Below, piece by piece: positions 47,257 through 57,479 of a DNA stretch of 64,000 nucleotides (position 1 is its first letter; every line of letters begins with the position of its first letter). Both the position numbers and the translations under genes were made by a program. Location: positions 532,924 through 596,923 of the forward strand of contig CAWHOI010000004.1 in NCBI GenBank assembly GCA_963830975.1, written 5' to 3'. A model generated the notes under the pieces. It saw only the letters and a list, made by a program, of their open reading frames with translations, ran no database searches and was not told the DNA's origin. This DNA is from an uncultured Solirubrobacterales bacterium. Lineage in GTDB: Bacteria; Actinomycetota; Thermoleophilia; Solirubrobacterales; Solirubrobacteraceae.

Positions 47257-47544
47257 ATGCGGGGATCCAGCGACCTGCGCCTGCTCGACCGCGCCGTCAG
47301 CCGGCTGTCCGCCGAGGTGCCTCAGCCGGTCACGCCCGACACGCCGGCGGCGCCGTCGCCCGACCCGCCGGCGGCGCCGTCGCCCGACCCGGTCGTGCCC
47401 AACCCGGAGGCTCCCGGCGGCCCGGTCGTGCCGGATGAGCCCGCGACGCCGATCGACCCGACGCCCGGCGAGGAGTTGCCGGCCCCGGCGGGGCCGGCGG
47501 TCGAGCCGCAGCCCGATACGCCCGCGTCCGAACCGGGCGATTGA
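47257..47544 (+). CDS. proline-rich hypothetical protein
   Basis: GGAGG SD 8 nt before the ATG at 47257. MRGSSDLRLLDRAVSRLSAEV is followed by a Pro-rich tail. GC3 is high, but low-complexity sequence makes the call weak. Confidence 0.4.
   Translation: MRGSSDLRLLDRAVSRLSAEVPQPVTPDTPAAPSPDPPAAPSPDPVVPNPEAPGGPVVPDEPATPIDPTPGEELPAPAGPAVEPQPDTPASEPGD
47343..47390 (+). repeat. perfect 24-bp tandem duplication inside the Pro-rich ORF
   Basis: GCCGGCGGCGCCGTCGCCCGACCC occurs twice, encoding (P)AAPSPDP twice. Confidence 0.9.
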
Positions 47545-47652
47545 GAGGCCGCGGTCGTGGGTAGTCCGGGTCAGAAGGCACCGTGCGATTTTGAGCGAGG
47601 AGGTTCGAGATGGGCACCGGCACGAGCATCGTCCTGATCGTGGAGGAGCGCG

Positions 47653-48114
47653 GTGACGACCTCCGCTAGGCGCGAGCCCGGCAGCCTGTGGGCGTTCCGC
47701 CCGGGCCTCGCCCGCGCGTCCGGCGGACCGTTCGGCTACGCCGTGGAGGCCACGGACGGCGCGGTGGGACACGTCATTGCGGCGGGGGAGGGACTCGGCG
47801 CGAGCTATGTGATCGCCGCCGGCGGCCCCTGGAACGGCGGGCGGATGGTGATGCTGCCGGCGGGCGTGATCGAGCGCGTCGACCATGACGCGCTGGCCGT
47901 CGTGCTCGCCTGCTCGCGCGAGCAGATCGCGGGCGCGCCGCCGTTCGAGGGCGACCGCTACCAGGACGGCGCCTACCGCGCCGAGCTGGGCGAGTACTAC
48001 GCGCGGCTCGGCGCTCCTGACGTTCACGGCGCGGCGGCGTCGGCCGTCTCGCGGTTGCAGCGAGCGGTGCGCGTGCCCGGGCCGCAGCCCGTGCCTCGCG
48101 GGCGCCTGGCCTAG
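47653..48114 (+). CDS. PRC-barrel domain protein
   Basis: GYAVEATDGAVGHVIAA..RMVMLPAGVIERVDHDALAVVLACSREQIAGAPPFE fits the PRC-barrel pattern. GGAGGAG lies 4 nt before the GTG. Confidence 0.7.
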   Translation: MTTSARREPGSLWAFRPGLARASGGPFGYAVEATDGAVGHVIAAGEGLGASYVIAAGGPWNGGRMVMLPAGVIERVDHDALAVVLACSREQIAGAPPFEGDRYQDGAYRAELGEYYARLGAPDVHGAAASAVSRLQRAVRVPGPQPVPRGRLA

Positions 48115-48264
48115 ACATGGTGCCAGGCGGCTGCGGTCCGGGCGCCCTCGTTTGAGGGCGAACCTGGCGGGTAGGTGCAGGGGTGGACCGATCCCTCGCC
48201 GCGTGCAGCGTGCCGGGCGCGTGCGAGGGGAATGCGAACACGGCGCGCGGAGGAGGCAAGGAAG

Positions 48265-48444
48265 ATGGTTGCGTTGCTTGTGCTGTTGCTGATCCTCGCG
48301 GTGTTCGGCGGACTGGGCTTCGCCGCACACGCGCTGTGGATCGTGCTGCTGGTGGCGCTCGCCCTGTGGGCGATCGGTTTCCTCGTCGGCGGGGCCGAGG
48401 CCGGCCTCTCCTCGGGGCGGCGGCGCTGGTACGGCCGCTGGTAG
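48265..48444 (+). CDS. small two-TM membrane protein (59 aa)
   Basis: AGGAGG at 48251-48256. MVALLVLLLILAVFGGLGFAAHALWIVLLVALALWAIGFLVGG. Confidence 0.5.
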   Translation: MVALLVLLLILAVFGGLGFAAHALWIVLLVALALWAIGFLVGGAEAGLSSGRRRWYGRW

Positions 48445-48479
48445 CGGACGCCTCGCAGGGCGGGGGTCTCGGTGTGCGG

Positions 48480-48502
48480 GCGGCTCGGGGCGACCGAGCC
48501 GC
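48480..48502. terminator. hairpin between convergent genes
   Basis: GCGGCTCGG-ggcga-CCGAGCCGC, a 9-bp stem that ends at the pepA stop codon. There is no clear U-tract. Confidence 0.35.
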
Positions 48503-49960
48503 TTACGCGCCGCTCGCGCTGGCGCTCGCGAGCTCGACGAGCAGTCGCACGCCGTAGCCCGAGCCGCCCTTGTCCGCGTAGGGGCGGCCGAGATCCCAGG
48601 CCGTCCCGGCGACGTCGAGGTGCGCCCACGGCGTCTCGCCGGCGAAGCGGTGCAGGAACTCCGCGGCGGTGATGGCGCCGGCGAGACGTCCCGGGGGGGC
48701 GTTGTTGAGGTCGGCGAACGTGCCCTCGACGATCCGCGCGTACTCGCGATGGAGCGGGAGGCGCCAGGCGAGCTCGCCGGTGCGTTGCGCCGCGGACGCC
48801 ACCTGCGCGCACCACTCCTCGTCGTTGCTGAGCAGACCGGCGTGGCTGTGCCCGAGCGCAACCAGGCAGGCGCCGGTCAGCGTCGCGAGGTCCACCAGGC
48901 GCTCTGCGCCCTCGGCGATCGCGTGCGCGATGCAGTCGGCGAGCACGAGGCGCCCCTCGGCGTCGGTGTTGTTGACCTCCACGCTGACGCCGGCGAGCGT
49001 GCGGACGATGTCGCCCGGGCGCACCGAGCGCCCGCTCGGCATGTTCTCGGTTGCGCCTACGACACCGATGACGCGAACCGGGAGCTCGAGGCGGGCGATC
49101 GCTCCGATCGCCTCGATCACGGCGGCGCCGCCCGACATGTCGTATTTCATCTCCTCCATGTGATCGCCGGGCTTGAGCGAGATGCCGCCGGAGTCGAAGG
49201 TGACGGCCTTGCCGACGAAGCCGAGCGTGGGGCCGCTCGCGTTCGGGCCCTCGTAGCGCAGCGTGATCAGCGCCGGCTCCTCGTAGGAGCCCTGGGCGAC
49301 CGCGGCGAACGCGCCCATGCCGCGAGCCTCGATGCCGGCGCGCCCCTCGACGGCGACGCTGAGCCGCTCCAGCTCCGCGCCGAGCGCGCGAGCGCGCTCC
49401 GCGACGTCGGTCGGCGTCATGTCGTTCGCCGGGGTGTCCTGCAGGACGCGCGCGGCATTGGCCGCCTCCGCGAGCACCCGCGCGCGCTCCACGGCCGCGC
49501 CGAGCTCGGCCGCCGCGCTGACGATCAGCTCCTCCGGCGGGGCGGGGCGCTCGATCTCGGTCCGGGGCGGCCCCTTGTAGCGGTCGAAGCGGTAGGCGGC
49601 GAGGATCGTGCCCTCGACCAGGGCGCCGGCGATGGCGGCGGCGTCTTCGCCGTCGAAGCCGCCCGGCAGCTCCCAGCACAGCGTCTTCGCGCTGATCTCG
49701 GCGGCCCGCTTGGCGACCCTGGCCGCGCTCTGGCGCGCCGCCTCGGCGTCGAACTCGGCGCGCTTGCCGAGGCCGGCGAGCAGCCAGCGCCGGCCGCCGT
49801 CGTGGGCGATCGCGAGCGCGCCCGCGGCGCGCTTGGCCTCGCCTGACCGCAGCAGCGCCTGCAGCGCGGCCGGCTCGGCGTCCTCGCCGTCGAACACTCC
49901 GACGACGAGCGTGTCGGCGGCGGTCTTCGCCGGCGAGTCGGTTGTGGCGTGGACCCGCAT
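48503..49960 (-). CDS. pepA: leucyl aminopeptidase (M17)
   Basis: VTFDSGGISLKP..MKYDMSGGAAV..NNTDAEGRLVLAD. Confidence 0.93.
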   Translation of the reverse strand: MRVHATTDSPAKTAADTLVVGVFDGEDAEPAALQALLRSGEAKRAAGALAIAHDGGRRWLLAGLGKRAEFDAEAARQSAARVAKRAAEISAKTLCWELPGGFDGEDAAAIAGALVEGTILAAYRFDRYKGPPRTEIERPAPPEELIVSAAAELGAAVERARVLAEAANAARVLQDTPANDMTPTDVAERARALGAELERLSVAVEGRAGIEARGMGAFAAVAQGSYEEPALITLRYEGPNASGPTLGFVGKAVTFDSGGISLKPGDHMEEMKYDMSGGAAVIEAIGAIARLELPVRVIGVVGATENMPSGRSVRPGDIVRTLAGVSVEVNNTDAEGRLVLADCIAHAIAEGAERLVDLATLTGACLVALGHSHAGLLSNDEEWCAQVASAAQRTGELAWRLPLHREYARIVEGTFADLNNAPPGRLAGAITAAEFLHRFAGETPWAHLDVAGTAWDLGRPYADKGGSGYGVRLLVELASASASGA

Positions 49961-50054
49961 ACGCGGACGCGAGCATACACAGCGCGCCGGAGCGCCCGGC
50001 GAGGCTCACTAGACTGCGTCGAGCCCGCCGATCGCTCGGCGCGAGAACCCGCAG

Positions 50055-51230
50055 ATGCCCACGACCGTGATCCTTGGCAGCGCCCGCACGCCGATCGGCA
50101 AGCTCGGCGGCGCGCTCGCGTCGCTGCCCGCGACGAGGCTCGGCGCGATTGCGATCGCCGGCGCGCTGGAGCGCTCGGACGTCTCCGCCGAGGCCGTCGA
50201 GCACGTCGTCATGGGCACGGTGCTGGCCGCCGGGCAGGGGCAGGTGCCCTCGCGCCAGGCCCAGCACGAGGCCGGGATTCCCGTCACCGTCAGCTCCGAG
50301 ACGCTGAACAAGGCCTGCGCCTCGGGTATGCGCGCGGTCTCGCTGCTGGACACCGCGATCCGCGCCGGCGACCTCGAGGTGGGAGTCGGCGGGGGGATGG
50401 AGTCGATGTCGCGGGCGCCCTACCTGCTCGAGGGGGCGCGCTTCGGTCTGCGCATGGGCGATACGACCGCCCACGACGCGATGCTGCGCGACGGCCTCGT
50501 GAGCCCCTGGAGCGGCAAGCACATGGCGGCCGAGGCGACCGAGGTCGCAGCCGAACTCGAGATCACCCGCGCCGACATGGACCGTTGGGCGCTGCGCTCG
50601 CATCAGCGGGCGGTTGCAGCGACCGACGACGGGCGGCTCGCCGAGGAGATCGTCGCCGTCGGCGTCGGCTCGCGAACCGGCGAGGCCACCGTCGAGCGCG
50701 ACGAGGCGCCGCGGCGCGACACGACGCTCGAGGCGCTCGCGAAGCTGCCGCCGATCTTCGTCGCCGACGGCAGCCACACGGCCGGCAACTCGCCCGGCGT
50801 GAACGACGGCGCCGCCGCGATCGTGGTCGCCAGCGAGGACTGGGCCACGGCGCACGGCAACGAGCCGCTGGCGACGATCGTCGCCACCGCGCAGGCCGCC
50901 GACGAGTTCCCCTACCTCGCGCGCACGCCCGCGCTGGCCGCGCGCAGGGCGCTCGAGAAGGCCGGCCTGCGGGCGTCGGAGATCGAGGTGTGGGAGATCA
51001 ACGAGGCTTTCGCGTCCGTCACGCTCGGCTCGCTGCGGATGCTCGGGATCGAGGAGGAGCGCGTCAACGTCAACGGCGGCGCGATCGCGCTCGGCCACCC
51101 GATCGGCGCCTCCGGCGCCCGCATCCTCGCCTCGCTCGTGCACGAGCTGCGCCGCCGCGGCGGCGGGCTCGGCTGCGCGGCGATCTGCTCCGGCGGCGCC
51201 CAGGGCGACGCCGTCATCGTGCGCGTGTAG
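50055..51230 (+). CDS. acetyl-CoA C-acetyltransferase (thiolase II)
   Basis: NKACASGMRA (active Cys) ..GNSPGVNDGAAA..NGGAIALGHPIGASGARI..CSGGAQG. Confidence 0.92.
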   Translation: MPTTVILGSARTPIGKLGGALASLPATRLGAIAIAGALERSDVSAEAVEHVVMGTVLAAGQGQVPSRQAQHEAGIPVTVSSETLNKACASGMRAVSLLDTAIRAGDLEVGVGGGMESMSRAPYLLEGARFGLRMGDTTAHDAMLRDGLVSPWSGKHMAAEATEVAAELEITRADMDRWALRSHQRAVAATDDGRLAEEIVAVGVGSRTGEATVERDEAPRRDTTLEALAKLPPIFVADGSHTAGNSPGVNDGAAAIVVASEDWATAHGNEPLATIVATAQAADEFPYLARTPALAARRALEKAGLRASEIEVWEINEAFASVTLGSLRMLGIEEERVNVNGGAIALGHPIGASGARILASLVHELRRRGGGLGCAAICSGGAQGDAVIVRV

Positions 51231-51293
51231 GCGCGCGGCGACGTGCGGCAGCCGATGCGCGGCGGCTATACGATCCGGGGCGTCTCTCCCCGC

Positions 51294-51710
51294 ATGCCCG
51301 CCTCCACAAGCCAGAAGAAGATCCGCGTGGTCGTCGCCAAGCCCGGCCTCGACGGACACGACCGCGGCGCCAAGATCATCGCTCGCGCGCTGCGCGACGC
51401 GGGCATGGAGGTGATCTATACCGGGCTGCACCAGACGCCCGAGCAGATCGTCGAGACGGTGATCCAGGAGGACGCCGACGCGGTCGGCCTCTCGATCCTC
51501 TCCGGCGCCCACATGACCCTCGTGCCGCGGATCATCGAGTTGCTGCGCGAGCACGGGGCGGGCGACGTGCTGGTGACCGTTGGTGGGACGATTCCAGCCG
51601 AAGACATACCCGAGCTGAAGGCCATCGGCGTGGCCGAGGTGTTCACGCCCGGCGCCTCCACCGCCGCCGCGATCGATTTCATTCGCGCCGCCGTGGCGCA
51701 CGCCGCGTGA
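51294..51710 (+). CDS. cobalamin-binding domain protein (methylmalonyl/isobutyryl-CoA mutase small subunit-like)
   Basis: [44 protein letters not shown] carries the DxHxxG B12-binding motif (GLDGHDRG). Confidence 0.88.
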   Translation: MPASTSQKKIRVVVAKPGLDGHDRGAKIIARALRDAGMEVIYTGLHQTPEQIVETVIQEDADAVGLSILSGAHMTLVPRIIELLREHGAGDVLVTVGGTIPAEDIPELKAIGVAEVFTPGASTAAAIDFIRAAVAHAA

Positions 51711-51759
51711 GCGAAGCGGCCGCAGCCCCCCTGTCCGACCGTCCCGAAGGAGTGCTCCG

Positions 51760-52557
51760 ATGAAGATCTGCGTCTTGGTCAAAGAGGTGCCGGACGCGGC
51801 GGTGCGCAAGCGGATCGACCCCTCGACGGGGCGGCTGGATCGCAGCGGGGAGCGGACGTTGAACCCGTATGACACGCACGCGATCGAGGCGGCGTTGGCG
51901 ATTCGCGAGGGTGGCGTGGTCGAGGTGTCGGAGATCGTGGCGGTGTCGATGGGGCCCGCGGACGCGGTTCGGGCTCTGCACAAGGCCGTGTCGTTGGGCG
52001 TCGACCGTTCGGTGCTGCTGTGCGACGATGGCCTGGCGGGCTCGGACGTCGCGGCGACGGGGTTCGCCCTGGCCGCGGCGCTGCGGCGGGAGGAGCCGGA
52101 TCTGGTGCTGCTGGGGCAGCAGTCAGACGACGGGGAGTGCTACACGGTGGGCGCGATCGTCGCGGACCACCTGGCGATGCCGTCGCTGACGCAGGTGATC
52201 GAGCTCGAGGTGCAGGCCGGCGGCGCGTCGTTGCGTTGCGAGCGTCAGGCGGAATACGGCTACGACACCGTCGAGGTCGATCTTCCGGCGGTGGTGTCCG
52301 TTGGCGATGCGATCAACGAGCCGCGCTACCCGTCCTTGAAGGCGATCATGGGGGCGAAGAAGAAGCCGCTGCTCACGCTCGGGCTCAGCGATCTGGGGAT
52401 CGACGCGGAGCGCGTGGGGGCGGCGGGATCGGCGGCGCGCTGGAGCGGCTCGAAGGAGCCGCCGCGCAAGCCGCCGGGACTGATAATCGAGGACGAGGAC
52501 AGCGACGCGACGGTCGCGACGATCGTCGCCTGGCTGGACGAGAGGAAGCTGATCTGA
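51760..52557 (+). CDS. etfB: electron transfer flavoprotein beta subunit
   Basis: MKICVLVKEVPD..NPYDTHAIEAAL..LVLLGQQSDDGE. Confidence 0.92.
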   Translation: MKICVLVKEVPDAAVRKRIDPSTGRLDRSGERTLNPYDTHAIEAALAIREGGVVEVSEIVAVSMGPADAVRALHKAVSLGVDRSVLLCDDGLAGSDVAATGFALAAALRREEPDLVLLGQQSDDGECYTVGAIVADHLAMPSLTQVIELEVQAGGASLRCERQAEYGYDTVEVDLPAVVSVGDAINEPRYPSLKAIMGAKKKPLLTLGLSDLGIDAERVGAAGSAARWSGSKEPPRKPPGLIIEDEDSDATVATIVAWLDERKLI

Positions 52558-53537
52558 TGGCCGACATCCTTGTCTACGCGCTGCATTACGAGGGCGCGTT
52601 CAACCGCAACTCGCTGGGCGCGGTCAGCGAGGGCGCGAGGGTCGCGGCGCTGCTCGGCGGTGAGGCGCACGCGGTGGTGCTCGGCGACTCGGCGAGCGAG
52701 GAGCTGTGCGCGCAGCTGGGTCGCTACGGCGCGAGCCGGGTCTACCGTGTCGCGGGGCCGGAGGGCCTGGCGCAGCCGGTGGTCGACGCGATGGCGCAGC
52801 TGTTCGCGGAGCATGGCTTCGCCTACGCCCTGTTCGGCGGAGGGCTGTTGGGATTCGAGATCGGCGCCGGCCTGGCGGCACGCCTCGGCGGCGGTGTGGC
52901 GATGGAGGTCACCGCGGTGCGGGTGGAGGACGGACGCCTGGTGGCGGAGCGGCCGATCCTCGGCGATTCGGCGATCTCGGAGATCACCTACGCCGGCGAC
53001 GTCGGGATCGTGATCGGGCGCCTGAACGCGTTCGAGATCGCGCCGGCGGGCGAAACCGACGCCCAGGTCGTGGATGTGGAGGTCGCGTTCTCTGAGTTCT
53101 CGACGCGGGCGCGGATGCTGCGCCGCGGCGAACAGCGCGGCCAGGAGGTCGACATCGAGGGCGCCGACATCCTCGTCGCGGGCGGGCGCGGGCTCGGGCG
53201 CGCGGAGAACTTCGAGCTGTGCACCGAGCTGGCGCAGGCGTTCGGGCCCGCCAGCGCGGTGGCGGCGACGCGGGCCGTCGTCGACGCCGGCTGGTACCCC
53301 TATTCGGGCCAGATCGGCCAGACCGGCAAGACCGTCGCGCCGAAGCTCTACTTCGCGGCCGGGATCTCCGGCGCGATCCAGCACAAGGTCGGCATGGCCG
53401 GCTCGGAGAACATCGTCGCGATCAACAAGGACGCCAACGCGCCGATCTTCGAGTTCGCGGACCTCGGCATCGTCGGCGATCTCAACAAGATCATGCCGAA
53501 GCTGACCGCGGCGCTGCGTGCGCGCAAGGGGGGCTGA
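52557..53537 (+). CDS. etfA: electron transfer flavoprotein alpha subunit
   Basis: [45 protein letters not shown]. The ATG overlaps the etfB TGA by 1 nt. Confidence 0.92.
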   Translation: MADILVYALHYEGAFNRNSLGAVSEGARVAALLGGEAHAVVLGDSASEELCAQLGRYGASRVYRVAGPEGLAQPVVDAMAQLFAEHGFAYALFGGGLLGFEIGAGLAARLGGGVAMEVTAVRVEDGRLVAERPILGDSAISEITYAGDVGIVIGRLNAFEIAPAGETDAQVVDVEVAFSEFSTRARMLRRGEQRGQEVDIEGADILVAGGRGLGRAENFELCTELAQAFGPASAVAATRAVVDAGWYPYSGQIGQTGKTVAPKLYFAAGISGAIQHKVGMAGSENIVAINKDANAPIFEFADLGIVGDLNKIMPKLTAALRARKGG

Positions 53538-53538
53538 G

Positions 53539-55275
53539 GTGGCCGCGCGGGCCGGCGTCGTCCCGGCCGATCATCCGCCGGCGGTCGACTCGCGCGGGGA
53601 GTTCATCCGCCGCGAGCTGGACGGCGAACAGGACCGCATCGAGGTCGGCGTGGCGATCGTCGGCGGCGGCACCGCCGGCCTGGCGTGCGCGAACCGGCTG
53701 CTGGGGCTGCTCGCCGATGACCCCCGGACCGCCGAGCGGCTTGGCGAGGTTCCGGTCGCGGTGATCGAGAAGGCCAAGGCGTGCGGCGGGCACAGCCTGT
53801 CGGGCGCGGTCATGCGCCCGGGCCCGCTGCTCGAGCTGTTCGGTGACCTCACGCGCGAGCAGTGGCGCCGCGAGGGCTTCGCGTTCGGCGAGGTCAGCAA
53901 GGAGGCGGTGTACCTGCTGCCCAACCGGCGCACCCGCGTGCGCATCCCGACGCCGCCGCCGTTTCGCAACCACGGCGCCGAGGTCGTGTCCGTCGCCGCG
54001 CTCGCGCGCTTCCAGCAGCGCCGCGCCGAGGACGCCGGGGCCTACGTCCTGACCGAGACCGCGGCCGACCGGCTGATCGTGATCGACGGCCGCGTGGCGG
54101 GTGTGCGCTCCGGCGACAAGGGCCGCGGCCGCGACGGTCAGCCGGGCAGCACCTTCGAGCCGGGCGCCGACATCGCCGCGCAGGCGACCGTGCTCGCCGA
54201 CGGTTGCTGGGGGCACCTGACCGGTGCCGCGATCCGCGAGTTCGACCTCGCCGGCGACCGCGAGCCGCAGGTCTGGGAGCTGGGTGTCAAGGAGGTCTGG
54301 AAGGTCCCGCGCCCGCTCGACCGCGTGATCCACACGATCGGCCCGTGGCCGCTCTCGCTGCGTCCCCGCCACCACCAGGTCGGCGGCAGCTGGATCTACC
54401 CGATGCGCGACGAGCGCACCGGCGAGGATCTCGTCAGCATCGGCTTCGTGATCGACCTCGACTACGCCGACGCGACCACGAGCGCACACGACCTGCTGCA
54501 GCTGTTCAAGCAGCACCCGCTCGTGCGCGGCATCCTCGACGGCGGCGAGCGCGTCGGCTGGGGGGCGAAGGCGCTGCCCGGCGGCGGCTGGTTCTCGATG
54601 CCGAAGCTCTCGATGCCGGGCGCCGTGATCGTCGGCGACGCCGCCGGCATGGTCGACACGGTCGCGCTCAAGGGCGTCCACCACGCGATCAACTCCGGCC
54701 GCCTGGCCGCGGAGGCGATCTACTCGGCCCTCGCGCGCGGCGGCGGAGACGATCTCTCCTCCTACGAGCAGGCGTTCGAGCAGTCCGACGGCGCCCGCGA
54801 GCTGTACCGCGTGCGAAACGCCCGCCAGCCGTTCCAGAGGGGCTTCCTCGCCGGCGCCCCGCTGGTGAACCTGGCGATCGCGACCGGGGGCCGCCTGCCC
54901 GCCGGGCGCCTCGCCTGGCAGCGCAACGACCACCAGGCGATGTTCACCGGCAACACCAGCCGCCGCTACCCCAAGGCGGACAACCAGCGCACCTTCGACA
55001 AGCTCTCGTCGGTCTACATCAGCGGCAACCACACCCGCGACGACGCCCCCAACCACATTCGCGTCCAGACCAACGTCCCGCGCCAGCTCGCCGAAACCTG
55101 GCGCTGGATGTGCCCCGCCGGCGTCTACGAGATTCCTCCGGACGCGCCCGAGCAGGGCAACGTCGACGTGATCGTCAACTACACCAACTGCGTCCAATGC
55201 GGAGCGATCACCGCCAAGGGCGGCCGCCTCACCCCGCCGGAGGGTGGAGACGGCCCGCTCTACCAGCGGATGTGA
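53539..55275 (+). CDS. electron-transferring-flavoprotein:quinone oxidoreductase (ETF-QO)
   Basis: [17 protein letters not shown] fold, GCWG, and a C-terminal CPAGVYE..NCVQCGA 4Fe-4S region. Start is the GTG at 53539 or 53518. Confidence 0.88.
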   Translation: MAARAGVVPADHPPAVDSRGEFIRRELDGEQDRIEVGVAIVGGGTAGLACANRLLGLLADDPRTAERLGEVPVAVIEKAKACGGHSLSGAVMRPGPLLELFGDLTREQWRREGFAFGEVSKEAVYLLPNRRTRVRIPTPPPFRNHGAEVVSVAALARFQQRRAEDAGAYVLTETAADRLIVIDGRVAGVRSGDKGRGRDGQPGSTFEPGADIAAQATVLADGCWGHLTGAAIREFDLAGDREPQVWELGVKEVWKVPRPLDRVIHTIGPWPLSLRPRHHQVGGSWIYPMRDERTGEDLVSIGFVIDLDYADATTSAHDLLQLFKQHPLVRGILDGGERVGWGAKALPGGGWFSMPKLSMPGAVIVGDAAGMVDTVALKGVHHAINSGRLAAEAIYSALARGGGDDLSSYEQAFEQSDGARELYRVRNARQPFQRGFLAGAPLVNLAIATGGRLPAGRLAWQRNDHQAMFTGNTSRRYPKADNQRTFDKLSSVYISGNHTRDDAPNHIRVQTNVPRQLAETWRWMCPAGVYEIPPDAPEQGNVDVIVNYTNCVQCGAITAKGGRLTPPEGGDGPLYQRM

Positions 55276-55335
55276 TGCACGTGTCCGTGCGCGGCTGCGC
55301 AACATCGGCGCCGATACCGTGTTGAGGTGGGTGTG

Positions 55336-56157
55336 ATGACCGCAATTCGCCGCGTTCTGCTTCCGCTCGTAGCCGTCGTCGTCGCGGCTCTGGCGATGGT
55401 CGCCCCGGGCGCGCTCGGCGCGCAGGGGACGCCGGTCACGTTGGCCGCCTCGGCGACCGGTTCGACCGGCGCGACCGGCTCCACCAGCCCGCCCTCCGTC
55501 CTCTCCGCGACGTTGACGAGCTGCCACGCCGACCCGGTGGCCGCGAACCGCTACGCGATCTTCGCCTCGCAGATGACCTCGGTGCTGGGCACCCGGACGA
55601 TGGCGGTCAACTTCGAGCTGCAGGAGCGAAGCGCGCGCGCGGACTCGTTCTCCACCGTCGCCGCGCCCGGGTTCGGCGTCTGGGTCGCCTCGCAGCCTGG
55701 CGTCGGGATCTACACCTACAGCCACGAGGTGCTCTCGCTGCCGGCCCCGGCCGCGTTCCGCGTGCTCGTGCGCGCCCGCTGGATCGACCGCCACCGCCGC
55801 GTCTTGCGCCGCGCGGAGCTCTACACGCCGGTCTGCGTGCAGCCCGCCGCGAACCTCGCTATCGGCACGCTGCGCCGCACCCCCGGCGCCCAGCCCGGCA
55901 CGGTGAGCTACGACGTCGAGGTCGTCAACGCCGGAGCCGGAGCGGCCGGAGCCTTCCAGGTCGCGCTGACGGTCAACGGCACGGCGCTGCCCAACGCCTC
56001 GGTGACGGGCCTCGCCGCCGGCGGCACGCAGGTCGTGCAGTTCAGCGGCCCGCCCTGCAGCGCCGGCTCGACGCTGACGGCGGTGGCGGACCCGACCTCG
56101 GCGGTCACCGAGCCGGCCAACCCGGAGCGCACGAAGACGTTCCCCTGCAGCCGCTGA
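55336..56157 (+). CDS. secreted protein with a C-terminal CARDB-like (Ig-fold) domain
   Basis: Signal peptide [29 protein letters not shown]. The C-terminus [38 protein letters not shown] resembles CARDB repeats. Confidence 0.5.
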   Translation: MTAIRRVLLPLVAVVVAALAMVAPGALGAQGTPVTLAASATGSTGATGSTSPPSVLSATLTSCHADPVAANRYAIFASQMTSVLGTRTMAVNFELQERSARADSFSTVAAPGFGVWVASQPGVGIYTYSHEVLSLPAPAAFRVLVRARWIDRHRRVLRRAELYTPVCVQPAANLAIGTLRRTPGAQPGTVSYDVEVVNAGAGAAGAFQVALTVNGTALPNASVTGLAAGGTQVVQFSGPPCSAGSTLTAVADPTSAVTEPANPERTKTFPCSR

Positions 56158-56219
56158 GAGCCCGCGCGGGCGGCCGTACCGATCAGCCGCCGCTGCGCTC
56201 TCGCTACACTACGTCTCCG

Positions 56220-56444
56220 ATGAAGGCCGAGATCCATCCTGAGTACGTGACCGCGGTCGTGCGCTGCACGTGCGGCAACGAGTTCGAGACCCGCTCCACC
56301 AAGTCGGAGCTGCGCGTCGAGATCTGCTCGAACTGCCACCCGTTCTACACGGGTCGCCAGAAGCTGATCGACACCGGCGGGCGCGTCGAGCGCTTCCAGC
56401 GCCGCGTGGCTCGCAGCCGCCAGCGCGCCGCCGCGACCAAGTAG
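56220..56444 (+). CDS. rpmE: 50S ribosomal protein L31
   Basis: [30 protein letters not shown] lies 9 nt before the ATG and there is no SD, so the mRNA is possibly near-leaderless. Confidence 0.95.
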   Translation: MKAEIHPEYVTAVVRCTCGNEFETRSTKSELRVEICSNCHPFYTGRQKLIDTGGRVERFQRRVARSRQRAAATK

Positions 56445-56453
56445 GGCGCACGC

Positions 56454-57479
56454 GTGGCTGCGCGGGGGCGCGATGCGCCGATCGGCGGTCAGGCCGTGCT
56501 CGAAGGCGTGATGATGCGCGGGATCCGCACGTGGTCGGTGGCCGTTCGCGCGCCGACCGCGGAGCAGCTCGCCCGCCGCGAGCGTGAGATCCCGGCCGGC
56601 GACATCGCCGTGCAGGCGTTCCCGTTCTCCTCCGCGCTGCGCCGCCATCGCGTGCTGCGGCTGCCGCTGCTACGGGGTGTCGTGGCTCTGGGCGGCTCGC
56701 TCGCGATCGGGCTGCGCGCCCTCAACATCTCCGCCAACGCCCAGATCGGCGGCGCCCCCGACGCGCCGCCCCAGGACGGCGCGCCGGCGCAGGACGAAGC
56801 CCAACCGGCCGGGGGCGGCGAGGCGCTCTCCGGCCTGGCCTGGACCGGCGCGCTGATCCTCTCGTTCGCCTTCGCGATCGGGCTCTTCTTCGTCGTCCCC
56901 GTCGGCCTCGTCAGCCTGATCAAGTCCCAGCTGCACTCAGCGACGCTGTTCTGGCTGATCGAGGGCGTCGTGCGGACGGCGATCTTCCTCGGGTACCTGC
57001 TGGCGCTCTCGCGCATGCGCGACCTGCGGCGCGTGTTCGAATACCACGGGGCCGAGCACAAGACGATCGCCTGTCACGAGGCCGGCCAGGAGCTGACCCC
57101 CGAGAACGCCTCGCGCTTCTCGCGCCTGCATCCGCGCTGCGGCACGAGCTTCCTGCTCGTCGTGATGATCGTGGCGATCTTCGTCTTCGCGCCGATCGGC
57201 CTGCCGGCGTGGTACTGGCTCGTGGCGACGCGGATCCTCGGCGTGCCGCTGATCGCCGGCATCTCCTTCGAGATCATCAAGCTTGCCGCCCGCCACCGTG
57301 ACCAGGCGTGGGTCCGCGCCGTGATGGCGCCGGGGCTCGCCCTGCAGCGGCTGACGACGCGCGAACCCGACCACTCGCAGCTGGCCGTTGCGATCGCCGC
57401 CCTGCGCGCGGTGCTGGACGTCGAGGCCGCCGACGAGCGAAGCGCCGCCGACCTGGTCGGCCTGGAGGTGGTCGCGTGA
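56454..57479 (+). CDS. DUF1385 membrane protein (commonly linked to prfA/prmC)
   Basis: IGGQAVLEGVMMRG..YHGAEHKTI..HPRCGTSF. Confidence 0.85.
   Translation: MAARGRDAPIGGQAVLEGVMMRGIRTWSVAVRAPTAEQLARREREIPAGDIAVQAFPFSSALRRHRVLRLPLLRGVVALGGSLAIGLRALNISANAQIGGAPDAPPQDGAPAQDEAQPAGGGEALSGLAWTGALILSFAFAIGLFFVVPVGLVSLIKSQLHSATLFWLIEGVVRTAIFLGYLLALSRMRDLRRVFEYHGAEHKTIACHEAGQELTPENASRFSRLHPRCGTSFLLVVMIVAIFVFAPIGLPAWYWLVATRILGVPLIAGISFEIIKLAARHRDQAWVRAVMAPGLALQRLTTREPDHSQLAVAIAALRAVLDVEAADERSAADLVGLEVVA

Noticed and set aside
47596-47612. GAGGAGGTTCGAGAT, resembling a tRNA T-arm (GGTTCGA)
   Set aside because: No acceptor, D-arm or anticodon-arm complementarity surrounds it. It is the SD region of the mini-ORF. 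I found no tRNA-like cloverleaf anywhere in the window.
47164-48861. Upstream part of the 826-aa minus-strand ORF
   Set aside because: Only the C-terminal 260 aa form the sigma factor. The remainder is antisense to the Pro-rich ORF, the PRC-barrel gene, the small membrane protein and the pepA 3' end.
48111-51983. 1290-aa minus-strand ORF, the longest in the track
   Set aside because: It overlaps pepA in another frame and is antisense to the thiolase, B12-binding and etfB genes. It is >30% Arg/Gly/Ala by eye and has no motifs.
53491-55794. 767-aa minus-strand ORF
   Set aside because: It is antisense to the ETF-QO gene and the secreted-protein gene, and is a shadow ORF.
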